Positions 21,247 to 31,544 of a DNA stretch of 64,000 nt are shown piece after piece. The position numbers and the translations under genes are program-made. Below the pieces are notes generated by a model. That model saw only the letters and a list, made by a program, of their open reading frames with translations. It did no database searches and had not been told where the DNA came from. Each line of letters begins with the position of its first letter. Position 1 is the first letter of the stretch. This DNA comes from an uncultured Clostridia bacterium (GTDB lineage Bacteria; Bacillota; Clostridia; TANB77; CAG-508), in contig CAKPRG010000003.1 of the NCBI GenBank assembly GCA_934182465.1, positions 109,542-173,541 on the forward strand, written 5' to 3'.

Positions 21247-21432
21247 TTTGCCTCCATTTATAGTTGTTTTTCTCTTTTAAATTTATAACTTATTATACTT
21301 TATTTTTTTTAATCTTTCAATCATTTTACACTATTTTTTATAATGATTTATTAATATACAAGTTGCATTTGACTTTTTTTTTATTTATGTGTATTATTAT
21401 ATCATATTGAAATTAATGTCTTGGAGGAAATT

Positions 21433-21852
21433 ATGTCTAAATATTTAAAAATTTTATTTTTAACATCAATTTTTATTTGTTTTGCATTCTGTACTTGTTT
21501 TGCAACAGAATTAGCACCAAACAACACTGATACTTTTACAGAACCAATGCAACAATCAGAAATAAATAATTCTATTAATGAAAATAATATTGATGAACTT
21601 TCGACTTCAAACGAAAATGTTGCAACAGATTCAAATACTGCTTCACAATCAAGTGCAGATTCAGTTACTAATACAAATTCATCTACAAGTTCAAATACAA
21701 AAGGAAGTTCAAAAGTAACTGCAGTAAATACTTTATCTGGTTTACCAGAAGCAAATTTAGGATTAAATAATATTTTAAGTATTCTTTTAATAGCTATCGG
21801 ATTTTTATTAATTTTATTTGCAATAGCAATTTTAATTAGATTAAAAAAATAA
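21433..21852 (+). CDS. secreted S/T-rich protein with C-terminal sorting-signal-like LPEAN-G + hydrophobic segment + basic tail
   Basis: Signal peptide; GGAGG RBS before ATG 21433; C-terminal GLPEANLG...LIRLKK. Confidence 0.5.
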   Translation: MSKYLKILFLTSIFICFAFCTCFATELAPNNTDTFTEPMQQSEINNSINENNIDELSTSNENVATDSNTASQSSADSVTNTNSSTSSNTKGSSKVTAVNTLSGLPEANLGLNNILSILLIAIGFLLILFAIAILIRLKK

Positions 21853-22008
21853 TATATAAAAAACACTTAGTAAAATTTCCAAAAACTTTACTAAGTGTTT
21901 TTTTATACCAGTTTACTAAAAATTCAATAAATTTTATATTCTAACAAAAAATTTACTCAAAATTTTCTTTTGCAAATTTGCACTTTATTTTTCATTTAAT
22001 TTATTTTC

Positions 22009-22443
22009 TTAGTCTCTAGTATTATTTTGTGCAACATAGTACCAAATTGCTGCTACTATAATTATTGCAGCTACAGCAAAAATAACCCACATCCAAGTCG
22101 TTGTAGTCATACCACCTGTTAAGTTTCGTGTATCTGTTGATGTTCTTGTTACATTATAATTACTATTACTGTTATCTCTTCCTGTTATAGCACCTGCAAC
22201 ATCACTTGCACCATTTTCCATTTTTCTTCCTGCGTCTTTAACACCATTAATCATTTTTTGTTCTGCATTCATAGTGTCATTTACTATTTTCTTTGCATTA
22301 TCACCAGTTTTATCCAATGATTTTGTTATTTCGTTTCCCAAATTTACATTATTTGAATTACTATCTTCATTTGCAAAACAAATGCCAAAACATACAGAAA
22401 GAATGACTGCAACAATTGTAGATATTACAAATTTTCTTGTCAT
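22009..22443 (-). CDS. hypothetical secreted/membrane-anchored protein
   Basis: N-terminal signal peptide, C-terminal TM helix. Confidence 0.4.
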   Translation of the reverse strand: MTRKFVISTIVAVILSVCFGICFANEDSNSNNVNLGNEITKSLDKTGDNAKKIVNDTMNAEQKMINGVKDAGRKMENGASDVAGAITGRDNSNSNYNVTRTSTDTRNLTGGMTTTTWMWVIFAVAAIIIVAAIWYYVAQNNTRD

Positions 22444-22646
22444 ACTTTCCTCCTATTTGTAAATACTAAATATGAAAAAATTTTTTCATATTTTTAGTAT
22501 TAATCTTATTTAAAAAAATATGCTAACAAAATTATCCGAAAATATGTATATATCTTTTTTTATAACATAAATTTTAATATATAAAAAATTAATTCTATTT
22601 AAAAACATAGAAAGGAGGAACTAGCAATTTGCTAGCATACTTATAA

Positions 22647-23858
22647 ATGAAAAAATTTTTTCTTGGATTCTTACTAATTATTTTTATAACTCAAAGTATT
22701 TCTTCTTATGCTACTTATTTAACAATTCCAACTTGGAATGATAATTCTGGCACCACTGAAGTTAATGCCGAAACGGCAGATAACTTTTTAAATATAGAAG
22801 CTGAAAGTGCAATTTTGATTGAACAAAATTCTGGTAAAGTTCTTTATGAAAAAAATGCAAATGAACAACTTCGTCCAGCTAGTGTTACAAAAATCATGAG
22901 TATTTTACTTATTATGGAAGCTTTAGATAGTGGAAAAATTTCACTGGATACAAAAGTTTCTTGTTCTGAAAAAGCATCATCTATGGGTGGTTCTCAAATT
23001 TGGCTTGATCAAACAGAATCTTTAACAGTTGATGAAATGCTAAAAGCTATTTGTGTTGTTTCAGCAAATGATTGTGTTGTTGCAATGGCCGAATTTTTGG
23101 CAGGTTCTGAAGAAGCTTTTGTTGAGCAAATGAATAACAGAGCAAAAGAATTAGGAATGAATAACACAGTATTTAAAAATTGCCATGGTATCGACGAGGA
23201 TGGTCATATTACAACTAGTTATGATATTGCTTTAATGAGTAGAGAACTATTAAAAAATCACCCTTCTATTACGAATTATACTACTATATGGATGGATAGT
23301 CTTAGAAATGGTAAATCTCAACTTGTAAATACTAATAAATTAATTCGTACTTATGAAGGAGCTACTGGCTTGAAAACTGGTTCTACTTCCCTTGCTTTAT
23401 ACAATCTTTCTGCTAGTGCTACTAGAAATGGTCTATCTTTAATTGCTGTTGTAATGAAAGCACCTAGTACAAAAATTCGTTTTTCTTCTGCTAAAACTTT
23501 ACTAGATTATGGATTTAATACTTATAATTATGAAAAAATTGCTACTAAAGGAACTGTATTACAATCTGTTGATGTTTCAAAAGGTATAACAAAACAAATA
23601 AATCTTGTGTTTGAAAATGACAGTGGTGCACTTGTAAAAAAAGGTTCTACTTCAAATTTAGAACAAACTGTAAGTATTAATGAAAATATTTCAGCACCAA
23701 TTCATCAAGGTGATGTACTTGGAAAAGTTACATTTTCTATTAATGGTGAAAATCTTGGAGAAGTAAATTTAGTTTCAGATTCTGATGTTGAAAAAATAAA
23801 TTTTGGAAATTTATTTAAATCAATATCTTATAAATGGTTTACTATACTTAGAAATTAA
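22647..23858 (+). CDS. dacF: D-alanyl-D-alanine carboxypeptidase (PBP5/DacF-like serine peptidase S11)
   Basis: SVTK (SxxK), SAND (SxN) and KTGST (KTG) motifs; signal peptide. Confidence 0.85.
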   Translation: MKKFFLGFLLIIFITQSISSYATYLTIPTWNDNSGTTEVNAETADNFLNIEAESAILIEQNSGKVLYEKNANEQLRPASVTKIMSILLIMEALDSGKISLDTKVSCSEKASSMGGSQIWLDQTESLTVDEMLKAICVVSANDCVVAMAEFLAGSEEAFVEQMNNRAKELGMNNTVFKNCHGIDEDGHITTSYDIALMSRELLKNHPSITNYTTIWMDSLRNGKSQLVNTNKLIRTYEGATGLKTGSTSLALYNLSASATRNGLSLIAVVMKAPSTKIRFSSAKTLLDYGFNTYNYEKIATKGTVLQSVDVSKGITKQINLVFENDSGALVKKGSTSNLEQTVSINENISAPIHQGDVLGKVTFSINGENLGEVNLVSDSDVEKINFGNLFKSISYKWFTILRN

Positions 23859-23961
23859 AATAAATATATATATGTATAATAGAAAAATACTATACACTTC
23901 CTATTATAGAAGGGCTTACGCCAACTTTGCATACAAGTTTCTTTCAAAAACTTGATGCGAC

Positions 23962-24025
23962 GAACAAAAGTGGACATTTGCATAAAATTTTATCTTTTGA
24001 AATTATCATAATGTCCACTTTTGTT
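23962..24025. repeat. 16-bp perfect inverted repeat GAACAAAAGTGGACAT ... ATGTCCACTTTTGTTC with 32-nt spacer between convergent genes
   Basis: Direct reading; the AAGTGGACAT core recurs at 44028, 58679 and (rc) 58733. Confidence 0.7.
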
Positions 24026-24034
24026 CTATAATAA

Positions 24035-25162
24035 CTAATATGTTAATTCATAAGTAAAATTGCCATTTATGTAATATCCTGTTTCATCTACTGAAAATAA
24101 CATAAATGGTTTTATATATATTGTATCTCCTGTTTTTGGAACCAAACTATTTATTGCGTCTAATGTAATATTTATTGCTTGTGAAATCATTATTATTCCT
24201 GAATTATTATAATTATATGAAACTAATGTATTAAAATTTTCTTTTGTTCTATCAAATATTGTTGTATATCCAACATCATCTCCTGTTGATGTACAGCCAA
24301 AATCTGCTGATTTTGCCTTTTCTTCATTCAATGTAAACACCAGCCCTATTTTATCTAATCTAGAACCTTTTATATCATAATTTTCATATTTTTTTGTATC
24401 TAAAGAATATACTTGTTCAGTAATATCTTTTGCGTAATGCATTCCTTCTAGTACACCAACAATTGAATTATCAACTTTTTCTAAATTAAGACTAACTCTA
24501 TTCTCTGGTTCTACAGAAATTTCACTATTATATACAGCTGTATAAATTCTATCTACAGAAGCACTTTCATATAATACTTTTTCTGTACTAATAATATCTC
24601 CTACTTCATTCATCCAATATGAAAATCTACCATGAATATCATCATCATAAGCTTCAAATTTGTATTTCCAAACTTTATAATTTGCATCTTCTTGTGCTTC
24701 TACAAACTTACCATCATTTATTTGTATAGTTACTAGATTGTTATTTACACTATTGTCTTGTGTCCAAATAGTTTTTATTTCTTTTTTATCATAGTAGTCT
24801 GTTAATAACACTTGTCCTTTTTTTATTCCATTATATGTTATAATTCCGTTTCCTAATAATTTTAAACCTTCAACTTTTTCATTAATAATATTATTTTCTT
24901 CATCTATTATTCCAACTTGTTCTAAATAATTTAAAGTATCTTCGGTTGTAACTTCTTTTTGAAGAGAAGATTTTAAATTAGCTTTTTCTTTTTGTATTTG
25001 TAAAGCTACTTTAGATACTTCATTTAACACAGTTTCATTCATTTTTTCATCACTTTGATTAAATACTGTTTTGGCAATAACAGCAACTACAACAATAGCA
25101 ATTAAAATAATTGCAACTACTATTAGAGAAACACCTTTTTCTTCTGTAAATTTCAATTTCAT
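24035..25162 (-). CDS. hypothetical membrane-anchored protein (N-terminal pseudopilin-like hydrophobic segment)
   Basis: MKLKFTEEKGVSLIVVAIILIAIVVVAVIA then soluble domain. Confidence 0.4.
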   Translation of the reverse strand: MKLKFTEEKGVSLIVVAIILIAIVVVAVIAKTVFNQSDEKMNETVLNEVSKVALQIQKEKANLKSSLQKEVTTEDTLNYLEQVGIIDEENNIINEKVEGLKLLGNGIITYNGIKKGQVLLTDYYDKKEIKTIWTQDNSVNNNLVTIQINDGKFVEAQEDANYKVWKYKFEAYDDDIHGRFSYWMNEVGDIISTEKVLYESASVDRIYTAVYNSEISVEPENRVSLNLEKVDNSIVGVLEGMHYAKDITEQVYSLDTKKYENYDIKGSRLDKIGLVFTLNEEKAKSADFGCTSTGDDVGYTTIFDRTKENFNTLVSYNYNNSGIIMISQAINITLDAINSLVPKTGDTIYIKPFMLFSVDETGYYINGNFTYELTY

Positions 25163-25468
25163 AACTATCTCCATTCGATTTATATTTTTATTTTAGTCAT
25201 ATTCATTTTACTATATCTTTTTTGCTATAACAATATTTTTTATAAATTTATCTATAGACATATCAAATATTAATAGAAAAATAAAATTATTTTTCTATTT
25301 ACAAATTCTAGCAAAGAATATTAAAAGAATATTATATAAATTGTAATATTAGATAAAACTTTTTATACAAAGAAAAAAACAAATTACTAAATAGATTACT
25401 CTATCTAATAATTTGTTTTTAATAATTAGCTAATTAATTTTTTATTTAAATTGATATTGTTATAAAAA

Positions 25469-25669
25469 TTAAGCAATACCATATTTTTTCTTAAATTTAT
25501 CAGCTCTACCACCTGTAGTGTTTTGTTTTAAGCTTCCTGTCCAGAAAGGATGACATTTTGAACAAACATCAACTTTGATTTCTGGTTTTGTTGAATTTGT
25601 TTCAATTACGTTTCCACATGCACAAATAATTTTAGAAGCTGTGTAATTTGGATGTATTCCTTCTCTCAT
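25469..25669 (-). CDS. rpmE: 50S ribosomal protein L31
   Basis: MREGIHPNY... C-x-x-C...C-x-x-H zinc ribbon. Confidence 0.92.
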   Translation of the reverse strand: MREGIHPNYTASKIICACGNVIETNSTKPEIKVDVCSKCHPFWTGSLKQNTTGGRADKFKKKYGIA

Positions 25670-25783
25670 TTATTTCACCTCTTTCTCTTGTTTATCTAAA
25701 CAATCTTAATTATTTTAACATAAAAGTTTTTACTTTGCAAGCTTTTTTTAGCTTTTGCATAAGTAACTTTTATTTTACTTTCT

Positions 25784-26125
25784 TTAATATACTACTACAT
25801 AATTTGGAGTATTTTTAGATGATTGAACTTCTGCTTGGTTCATTTGATTATCGCCACTATTTTGATTTTCTTCTGTTTGACTTTGCTGAGTATCTGTTTT
25901 TTGTTGTACTTGTGTTTGAATAGTATCTTTTATTCCTTCTATAAATTCACTTTGCTTTTTCTCTTTATCTTTATTTTTAAATATAGAAGATAAGCTTTCT
26001 CCTCCAACTATGCTTTGCAATTCTACTTTTAAAGATGTTTTATTTACGATTTTGTATGTTATATTAAACAAACATGCAATAATACATATTATTAATAAAA
26101 CTTTTTTCCATATTTTAGCTAGCAT
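25784..26125 (-). CDS. hypothetical membrane-anchored Q/E-rich protein
   Basis: N-terminal TM helix; low-complexity tail. Confidence 0.35.
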   Translation of the reverse strand: MLAKIWKKVLLIICIIACLFNITYKIVNKTSLKVELQSIVGGESLSSIFKNKDKEKKQSEFIEGIKDTIQTQVQQKTDTQQSQTEENQNSGDNQMNQAEVQSSKNTPNYVVVY

Positions 26126-26332
26126 AAAAAAACTCCTTTCTAGAATTGTAATACATTTTTATTATACTATATTTTTATTAAAAGTCAATATTTTTCTGCT
26201 TTTCCTAAGCAAATTTTGGGCATTTTTTTGAAACTTTTTTCATTTTTTTTCAAAATTCTCTTGTTTTTTAAAACTTTTTGTGTTAAACTAATTCATAGTC
26301 AGTTCAATAAATTTAATTGGAGGTGCAAAACA

Positions 26333-26533
26333 ATGGCAAAATGTGCAATTTGTGATAAGAAAACAAGTTTTGGTAATCAATTAAGTATTACTCGTTCACA
26401 TATTAGCAAAAGAACATCAAGACCAGTAAAACCTAACTTAAGAAGTGTTAAAGCTATTATCAATGGTGAACCTAAAAAGATAACAGTTTGTGCTAAATGT
26501 TTACGTTCAGGAAAAGTTACAAGAGCTAACTAA
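26333..26533 (+). CDS. rpmB: 50S ribosomal protein L28
   Basis: MAKCAICDKK...; GGAGG RBS; terminator hairpins 26545-26610. Confidence 0.92.
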   Translation: MAKCAICDKKTSFGNQLSITRSHISKRTSRPVKPNLRSVKAIINGEPKKITVCAKCLRSGKVTRAN

Positions 26534-26641
26534 TAGTAAACTCAAAACGATCGTTTTTTTATTAATAAAGTAAAAAGAAGATACTTTTAAAAGTGTCTTC
26601 TTTTTATTTTGATTTTCTTCCTTTTATTTTTGACATAACCC

Positions 26642-26719
26642 CTATGTAGATTTTATTCCAAATATTAATTTTACTAAACCTCTTAATGGTTTTGGAACTT
26701 TTTTCACAACAATTTGCAT
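26642..26719 (-). CDS. spoVM: stage V sporulation protein M (25 aa amphipathic peptide)
   Basis: MQIVVKKVPKPLRGLVKLIFGIKST aligns with B. subtilis SpoVM MKFYTIKLPKFLGGIVRAMLGSFRKD; GGAGGAAGG RBS; divergent from rpmB as in Bacillus; absent from ORF track. Confidence 0.65.
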   Translation of the reverse strand: MQIVVKKVPKPLRGLVKLIFGIKST

Positions 26720-27194
26720 ATTCCTTCCTCCTTCTCTAATCTCCTAATAAAAATTTTATACCACAAACTATAAAGGCAATTCCCATAATTACAAGCCATG
26801 CCTCTAATGGAAGGAATAATAATAGCAAAATACCAATACCAAACCCTATCAAACAACCTGATATAATTTTTCTAAATTTACAAAAAAACACTTTTCATTC
26901 CTCCCTTTGATATATTTTATGCTTCAATATTTTATTATGTGAACTTTTGAATTTATTTGAATTTAATTCTTTTTTATGATATATTAAAGAGGAATTATTA
27001 TTAAACTATAATCAATATAATTTATATAGAAATTCATTAAACAAATTGAAACAAAAATGCTAATTCGCAATGTTATTGCCTATATAAATATTATAATAAA
27101 TTTCAAAGAAAGGAGATTTCGTATAAAACAAAAGTGGAAGTATAAAACACTTCCCTATTATATAAAAACAATTTGCATTATACGAAGAAATCTT

Positions 27195-27644
27195 ATGGAA
27201 AAAATTATTGCTAAAAATCCAACTGCATATCACAATTATTCAATTGAATCAACTTTAGAAGCTGGTATTGTTTTAACTGGAACAGAAATTAAATCTATCA
27301 GAAATGGCAAAGTAAATATAAAAGATACATATATAAATATTAAAAATAATGAAGTATTTGTATATGGAATGCACATAAGTCCTTATGAATTTGGAAATAT
27401 TTTCAATAAAGATCCTTTACGCACTAGAAAACTTTTACTTAACCGTAGGGAAATTGATAAGCTTACTGGTATGGTTAAACAAAAAGGTGTATCTTTAGTT
27501 CCTATTTCTTTATATTGGAGTGGAAATAAAGTTAAAGTTCAGATTGGTATAGGAAAAGGAAAAAAATTGTACGATAAACGTGAAGATATTGCAAAAAAAG
27601 ATGCTCAAAGAAAAATTGAAAGAGCCATGAAAAATTCTTATTAA
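27195..27644 (+). CDS. smpB: SsrA-binding protein SmpB
   Basis: MEKIIAKN...[13 protein letters not shown]... ; terminator hairpin 27649-27694. Confidence 0.92.
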   Translation: MEKIIAKNPTAYHNYSIESTLEAGIVLTGTEIKSIRNGKVNIKDTYINIKNNEVFVYGMHISPYEFGNIFNKDPLRTRKLLLNRREIDKLTGMVKQKGVSLVPISLYWSGNKVKVQIGIGKGKKLYDKREDIAKKDAQRKIERAMKNSY

Positions 27645-27834
27645 AAAAAAGACATTTATAACTGTATTTTACAATTATAAATGTCTTTATTTATATAATA
27701 GGAAAGTGCTCTGCACTTCCTATTATATAAAAAGGTCTATTAATTTTTCAGTTTAAAATTAAATTTCATCTTACTTTAAAATCTAAAATTATTAAAATTT
27801 TGTTTATACTATAACTAATCTAAAAATCAATATC

Positions 27835-28764
27835 TTATGCCTTATTTGCAGAGCAGAAAACATCATTGATTTTGTGAGCAACTGTTGCTTTTATTTCATC
27901 TCTTGCTGCTCCTAAATATTTTCTAGGATCAAATACAGATGGTTCTTCATTAAATACTCTTCTTACTTGTGCTGTCATTGCTAATCTTAAATCTGTATCA
28001 ACATTAATTTTTGATACACCGTTTTCTCCTGCTTGTTTTAACATTTCATCTGGGCAACCTTTTGCTCCTGGAATATTTCCACCATTATTATTGCACATTT
28101 CAACTAAGCTTGGTATAACACTTGATGCTCCATGTAATACGATTGGTGTATTTGGTAATTTTTCTTTTACTTTTTGTAAAATATCAAATCTTAATCTTGC
28201 TTCTCCTTTAAATTTGTAAGCACCATGGCTTGTTCCTATAGCTATTGCTAAAGAATCACAACCTGTTCTTTGAACAAATTCATAAGCTTGCTCTGGATCT
28301 GTATAACGAGCATCATCTTCTGCTACATTAACTTCATCTTCTACACCTGCTAATTTTCCAAGTTCAGCTTCTACAACAACTCCTTTGCTGTGTGCATATT
28401 CTACAACTTGTTTTGTTAAAGCTACATTTTCTTCAAAATCATATTTTGAACCATCTATCATAACTGATGTGAATCCTGCATCTATACATTTTTTGCAAGT
28501 TTCAAAATCTGGACCGTGATCTAAGTGTAATGCAATTGGAATTGTTGTTGTTTCAACTGCAGCTTCTACCATTTTTACTAAGTATTCCATTCTAGCATAT
28601 TTAATAGCACTTGATGAAACTTGTAAAATTACTGGTGATTTTGCCTCCTCTGCTGCATCTGTAATAGCTTGTATAAACTCCATATTGTTTATATTAAAAG
28701 CACCTATTGCATAATGCTCTTTCATTGATCTTTCAAACATTTCTTTTGTTGTTACTAATGGCAT
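27835..28764 (-). CDS. fba: fructose-bisphosphate aldolase class II
   Basis: MPLVTTKEMF..., LHLDHG and SHGAYK zinc-aldolase motifs. Confidence 0.9.
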   Translation of the reverse strand: MPLVTTKEMFERSMKEHYAIGAFNINNMEFIQAITDAAEEAKSPVILQVSSSAIKYARMEYLVKMVEAAVETTTIPIALHLDHGPDFETCKKCIDAGFTSVMIDGSKYDFEENVALTKQVVEYAHSKGVVVEAELGKLAGVEDEVNVAEDDARYTDPEQAYEFVQRTGCDSLAIAIGTSHGAYKFKGEARLRFDILQKVKEKLPNTPIVLHGASSVIPSLVEMCNNNGGNIPGAKGCPDEMLKQAGENGVSKINVDTDLRLAMTAQVRRVFNEEPSVFDPRKYLGAARDEIKATVAHKINDVFCSANKA

Positions 28765-29048
28765 AATAAATTCCTCCTCATTTACTTTATAACAATTTTT
28801 CACACAATCATTTTATTTCTTTTAGACCTTAAAGTCAAGTATTAAAATTTAAACTTTATACATTTGTACAATATTGTAAAATTTCTCTTGAAATCTATGT
28901 AAATTAGAAAAAGATATATATTGCAAAATTTCTAAAATTTTTCTAGACACATTCGTCATTTATTAAACTTATATATTTAAAGAATTTAGTAATATAAAGC
29001 AATATATATCTTTTTTAGCTAAATTATTATCTTAAATAGTCTATTACG

Positions 29049-29210
29049 CTATACCTTTGTTTTGTAACTTCCACATTTTGATTCGTCTGGTCTGCCTGTT
29101 GAACAATCCTTACAAGCTTGTACATCTATTTGTTGTAATTCACAAAGATTTTGCCCTTCATTATTATATCTACAGCTACATACTGTACAATTAATTTTTT
29201 GATTTCCCAT
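29049..29210 (-). CDS. DUF1540-like small Cys-rich protein (53 aa)
   Basis: MGNQKINCTVCSCRYNNEGQNLCELQQIDVQACKDCSTGRPDESKCGSYKTKV; repeated C-x-V-x-x-C-x-YN pattern; not in ORF track. Confidence 0.5.
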   Translation of the reverse strand: MGNQKINCTVCSCRYNNEGQNLCELQQIDVQACKDCSTGRPDESKCGSYKTKV

Positions 29211-29277
29211 TTTAAAAACCATCCTTTCTAAAAAAGATGTAAGCTTTAAAACTTACATCTTTATTATTTACATTTTT

Positions 29278-30927
29278 TTAATTATAATACTCTTTATAAA
29301 AATTATCTCCAACAAAATTATATTCTATACTTTTTACATTTTCCAAAAATTCTGTATATCTTGTGGCATAACTTTTATTTTTTTCATTTGAAATTTTATA
29401 GAAATTACCATAAATTTGTTCAATATTTTCCATTATTGTTTCGCCATTTGAATTGATTAATGATAATTTCATTTTAGCATAATTAAATTTATTAAATTCC
29501 ACTCCATCTGAAGTATTTCCAACAATATATAATCCATAATTTACTAAATAAGGATCTATATAATCATACTCATTTTCAAATATTTTTTGGAAATCTTTAC
29601 CAATTATTTTATATTTATTATTTTCACCTTTTACGATATATCTATCTGTTAAAACATATATTTCTTTATATATATCTGATAATATATTTCCTTTTGAATC
29701 TATAAAATAAATTGTATGATCATTATAATTTCTAATTAATATTTTATCATCAAAAAAGTCTAATATTTGTGCTTTTCCAGACATTGTAACTTTTTTCCCA
29801 TATCCAGTAAACCAACCTTGTTCACGCTTATTCAAATCATAAAAAGGTATTGTTCCATTACTAAATATATAAGCAAAATTTTCATCATAAGATATTGCAT
29901 TACAATCAAGTGTTATTCTTACATTTAAATTATCTTTTTTAGCAAGTTCATATTTATCACTTAATCCCATGTTAGATTTTGTTACTATTAAATCGTATTC
30001 TACATTATAATCATATCTATAAGTGTAATCTTTTTCTGAATCTTCTGCATAAACTGGGACTTTTGAGATATTATTTGTTATCTTATTTATTTCGTATTGC
30101 ATTGTTCCTTCTTGTTTAAATGTATTATTGTACAAATCTTGCAATTCTTGTATTTTTGCATTATAATTTTCATCTGCTGATTCAGATCTATATGTTAAAA
30201 CTTTTCTTCCATTTTTTAGTATTACAATTGATTGTCCATCTTTACAAACTAATGCAATTTCAAATTTTTTATCATATACATTTATTTGTATAAAAGGACT
30301 TGCATAATCATATTCAAATCCTATAACTTCTTGCCCAGATGTTGTTATATAACCATATTTTCCATCTTTTTTTATATTTATATATGGCTCATTATACGGA
30401 GCTTCATTTAATTCTGTAACATATTTAAAATAATCACTTTTATAAGCTTGTTCATCCTCATTTTCTTTGTCTTTAATATATGTTCCTATTTGACTATAAA
30501 ACACACTACATACCATTGATATTGCCATAGCAGTTGCTAATAAAATAGCTATTGATATAGCAAACATACTATTTACTTCTACTAAATTTTCCCTTATTGT
30601 TTTCGATATGATAAAAATTCCAGAAACTATTGGTAAAATCGCAATTAATGGTTCTTTTATAAAAATAAAACTCAGCATAAAGAGTGAAAAAATATAATCA
30701 TTTCTGACTTCTCCATCTTTTCTATGTATAAAATACTCTATTAAATTAAATAATATCAAAACTCCCATAACAGCATAAATTGCAATTAATATATATGTTC
30801 GTACTTGATTTTCTTGTACTGTTATTAATGTTATATCTTGTGGCACAATAAAAGTAAAAACACCTATTACTATACCTAACAAGATATTTAAAAGTCCTAT
30901 ACTTATATTAACAACTTTTCCTCTCAT
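29278..30927 (-). CDS. hypothetical polytopic membrane protein with large extracytoplasmic domain
   Basis: Four or five N-terminal TM helices, ~380 aa soluble region. Confidence 0.4.
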   Translation of the reverse strand: MRGKVVNISIGLLNILLGIVIGVFTFIVPQDITLITVQENQVRTYILIAIYAVMGVLILFNLIEYFIHRKDGEVRNDYIFSLFMLSFIFIKEPLIAILPIVSGIFIISKTIRENLVEVNSMFAISIAILLATAMAISMVCSVFYSQIGTYIKDKENEDEQAYKSDYFKYVTELNEAPYNEPYINIKKDGKYGYITTSGQEVIGFEYDYASPFIQINVYDKKFEIALVCKDGQSIVILKNGRKVLTYRSESADENYNAKIQELQDLYNNTFKQEGTMQYEINKITNNISKVPVYAEDSEKDYTYRYDYNVEYDLIVTKSNMGLSDKYELAKKDNLNVRITLDCNAISYDENFAYIFSNGTIPFYDLNKREQGWFTGYGKKVTMSGKAQILDFFDDKILIRNYNDHTIYFIDSKGNILSDIYKEIYVLTDRYIVKGENNKYKIIGKDFQKIFENEYDYIDPYLVNYGLYIVGNTSDGVEFNKFNYAKMKLSLINSNGETIMENIEQIYGNFYKISNEKNKSYATRYTEFLENVKSIEYNFVGDNFYKEYYN

Positions 30928-31544
30928 ATTTCACCCTTATATAAATTATTTTTCTCTATATAATCTTTTATTTCTTTTGGAACTAAATCATTATAATCTT
31001 CATTTTGCTTAATTTTATTTCTAACAAGACTAGAACTTATATTTTTCATAGCATCATCAGAAATAATTTGATATTTTTCATTTTTTCTATCATAAGAATT
31101 TTCGTTGTACTTTTTATTATAGAAAAGCTTATTTCCAACTTCATCTCTATCTAAAATAATATAATTATAATCATTTTTTAACTTTTCACTTGATTTCCAT
31201 TCTGAAATCTTGTGAAAATTATCTGATCCCATTATAAAGTAATTATCTGAATTATTAAATTTTTTATTAATAATTTCAAATGTATCAATTGCTGTAGTAG
31301 GTTTATTGGAATCTATTACTATTTTTGAAACATCAATTTTTGCTTCTTTTTCTAAAGCTAATTTAAGCATTTCGTATCTGTATTTTGCAGGTATTAATTC
31401 TGGTTTTAAATAAAAATCTCCCATTGGAACAAAATATACTTTATCTAATTCACATTTTTCAATTGTTTCTTTTATTAAATTAATATGTGCAATTGTAACA
31501 GGATTAAAACATCCTCCAAAAAAACCTATTTTCTTTTTATTCAC
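30924..31544 (-). CDS. nadD: nicotinate-nucleotide adenylyltransferase
   Basis: GGCFNPVTIAHINL (H/TxGH nucleotidyltransferase motif); 4-nt overlap with downstream gene. Confidence 0.85.
   Translation of the reverse strand: MNKKKIGFFGGCFNPVTIAHINLIKETIEKCELDKVYFVPMGDFYLKPELIPAKYRYEMLKLALEKEAKIDVSKIVIDSNKPTTAIDTFEIINKKFNNSDNYFIMGSDNFHKISEWKSSEKLKNDYNYIILDRDEVGNKLFYNKKYNENSYDRKNEKYQIISDDAMKNISSSLVRNKIKQNEDYNDLVPKEIKDYIEKNNLYKGEI

Noticed and set aside
27645-27840. tmRNA (ssrA) expected downstream of smpB
   Set aside because: Only an AT-rich terminator hairpin is present. There is no GGGG...tRNA-Ala-like acceptor or tag-reading-frame sequence in this window.
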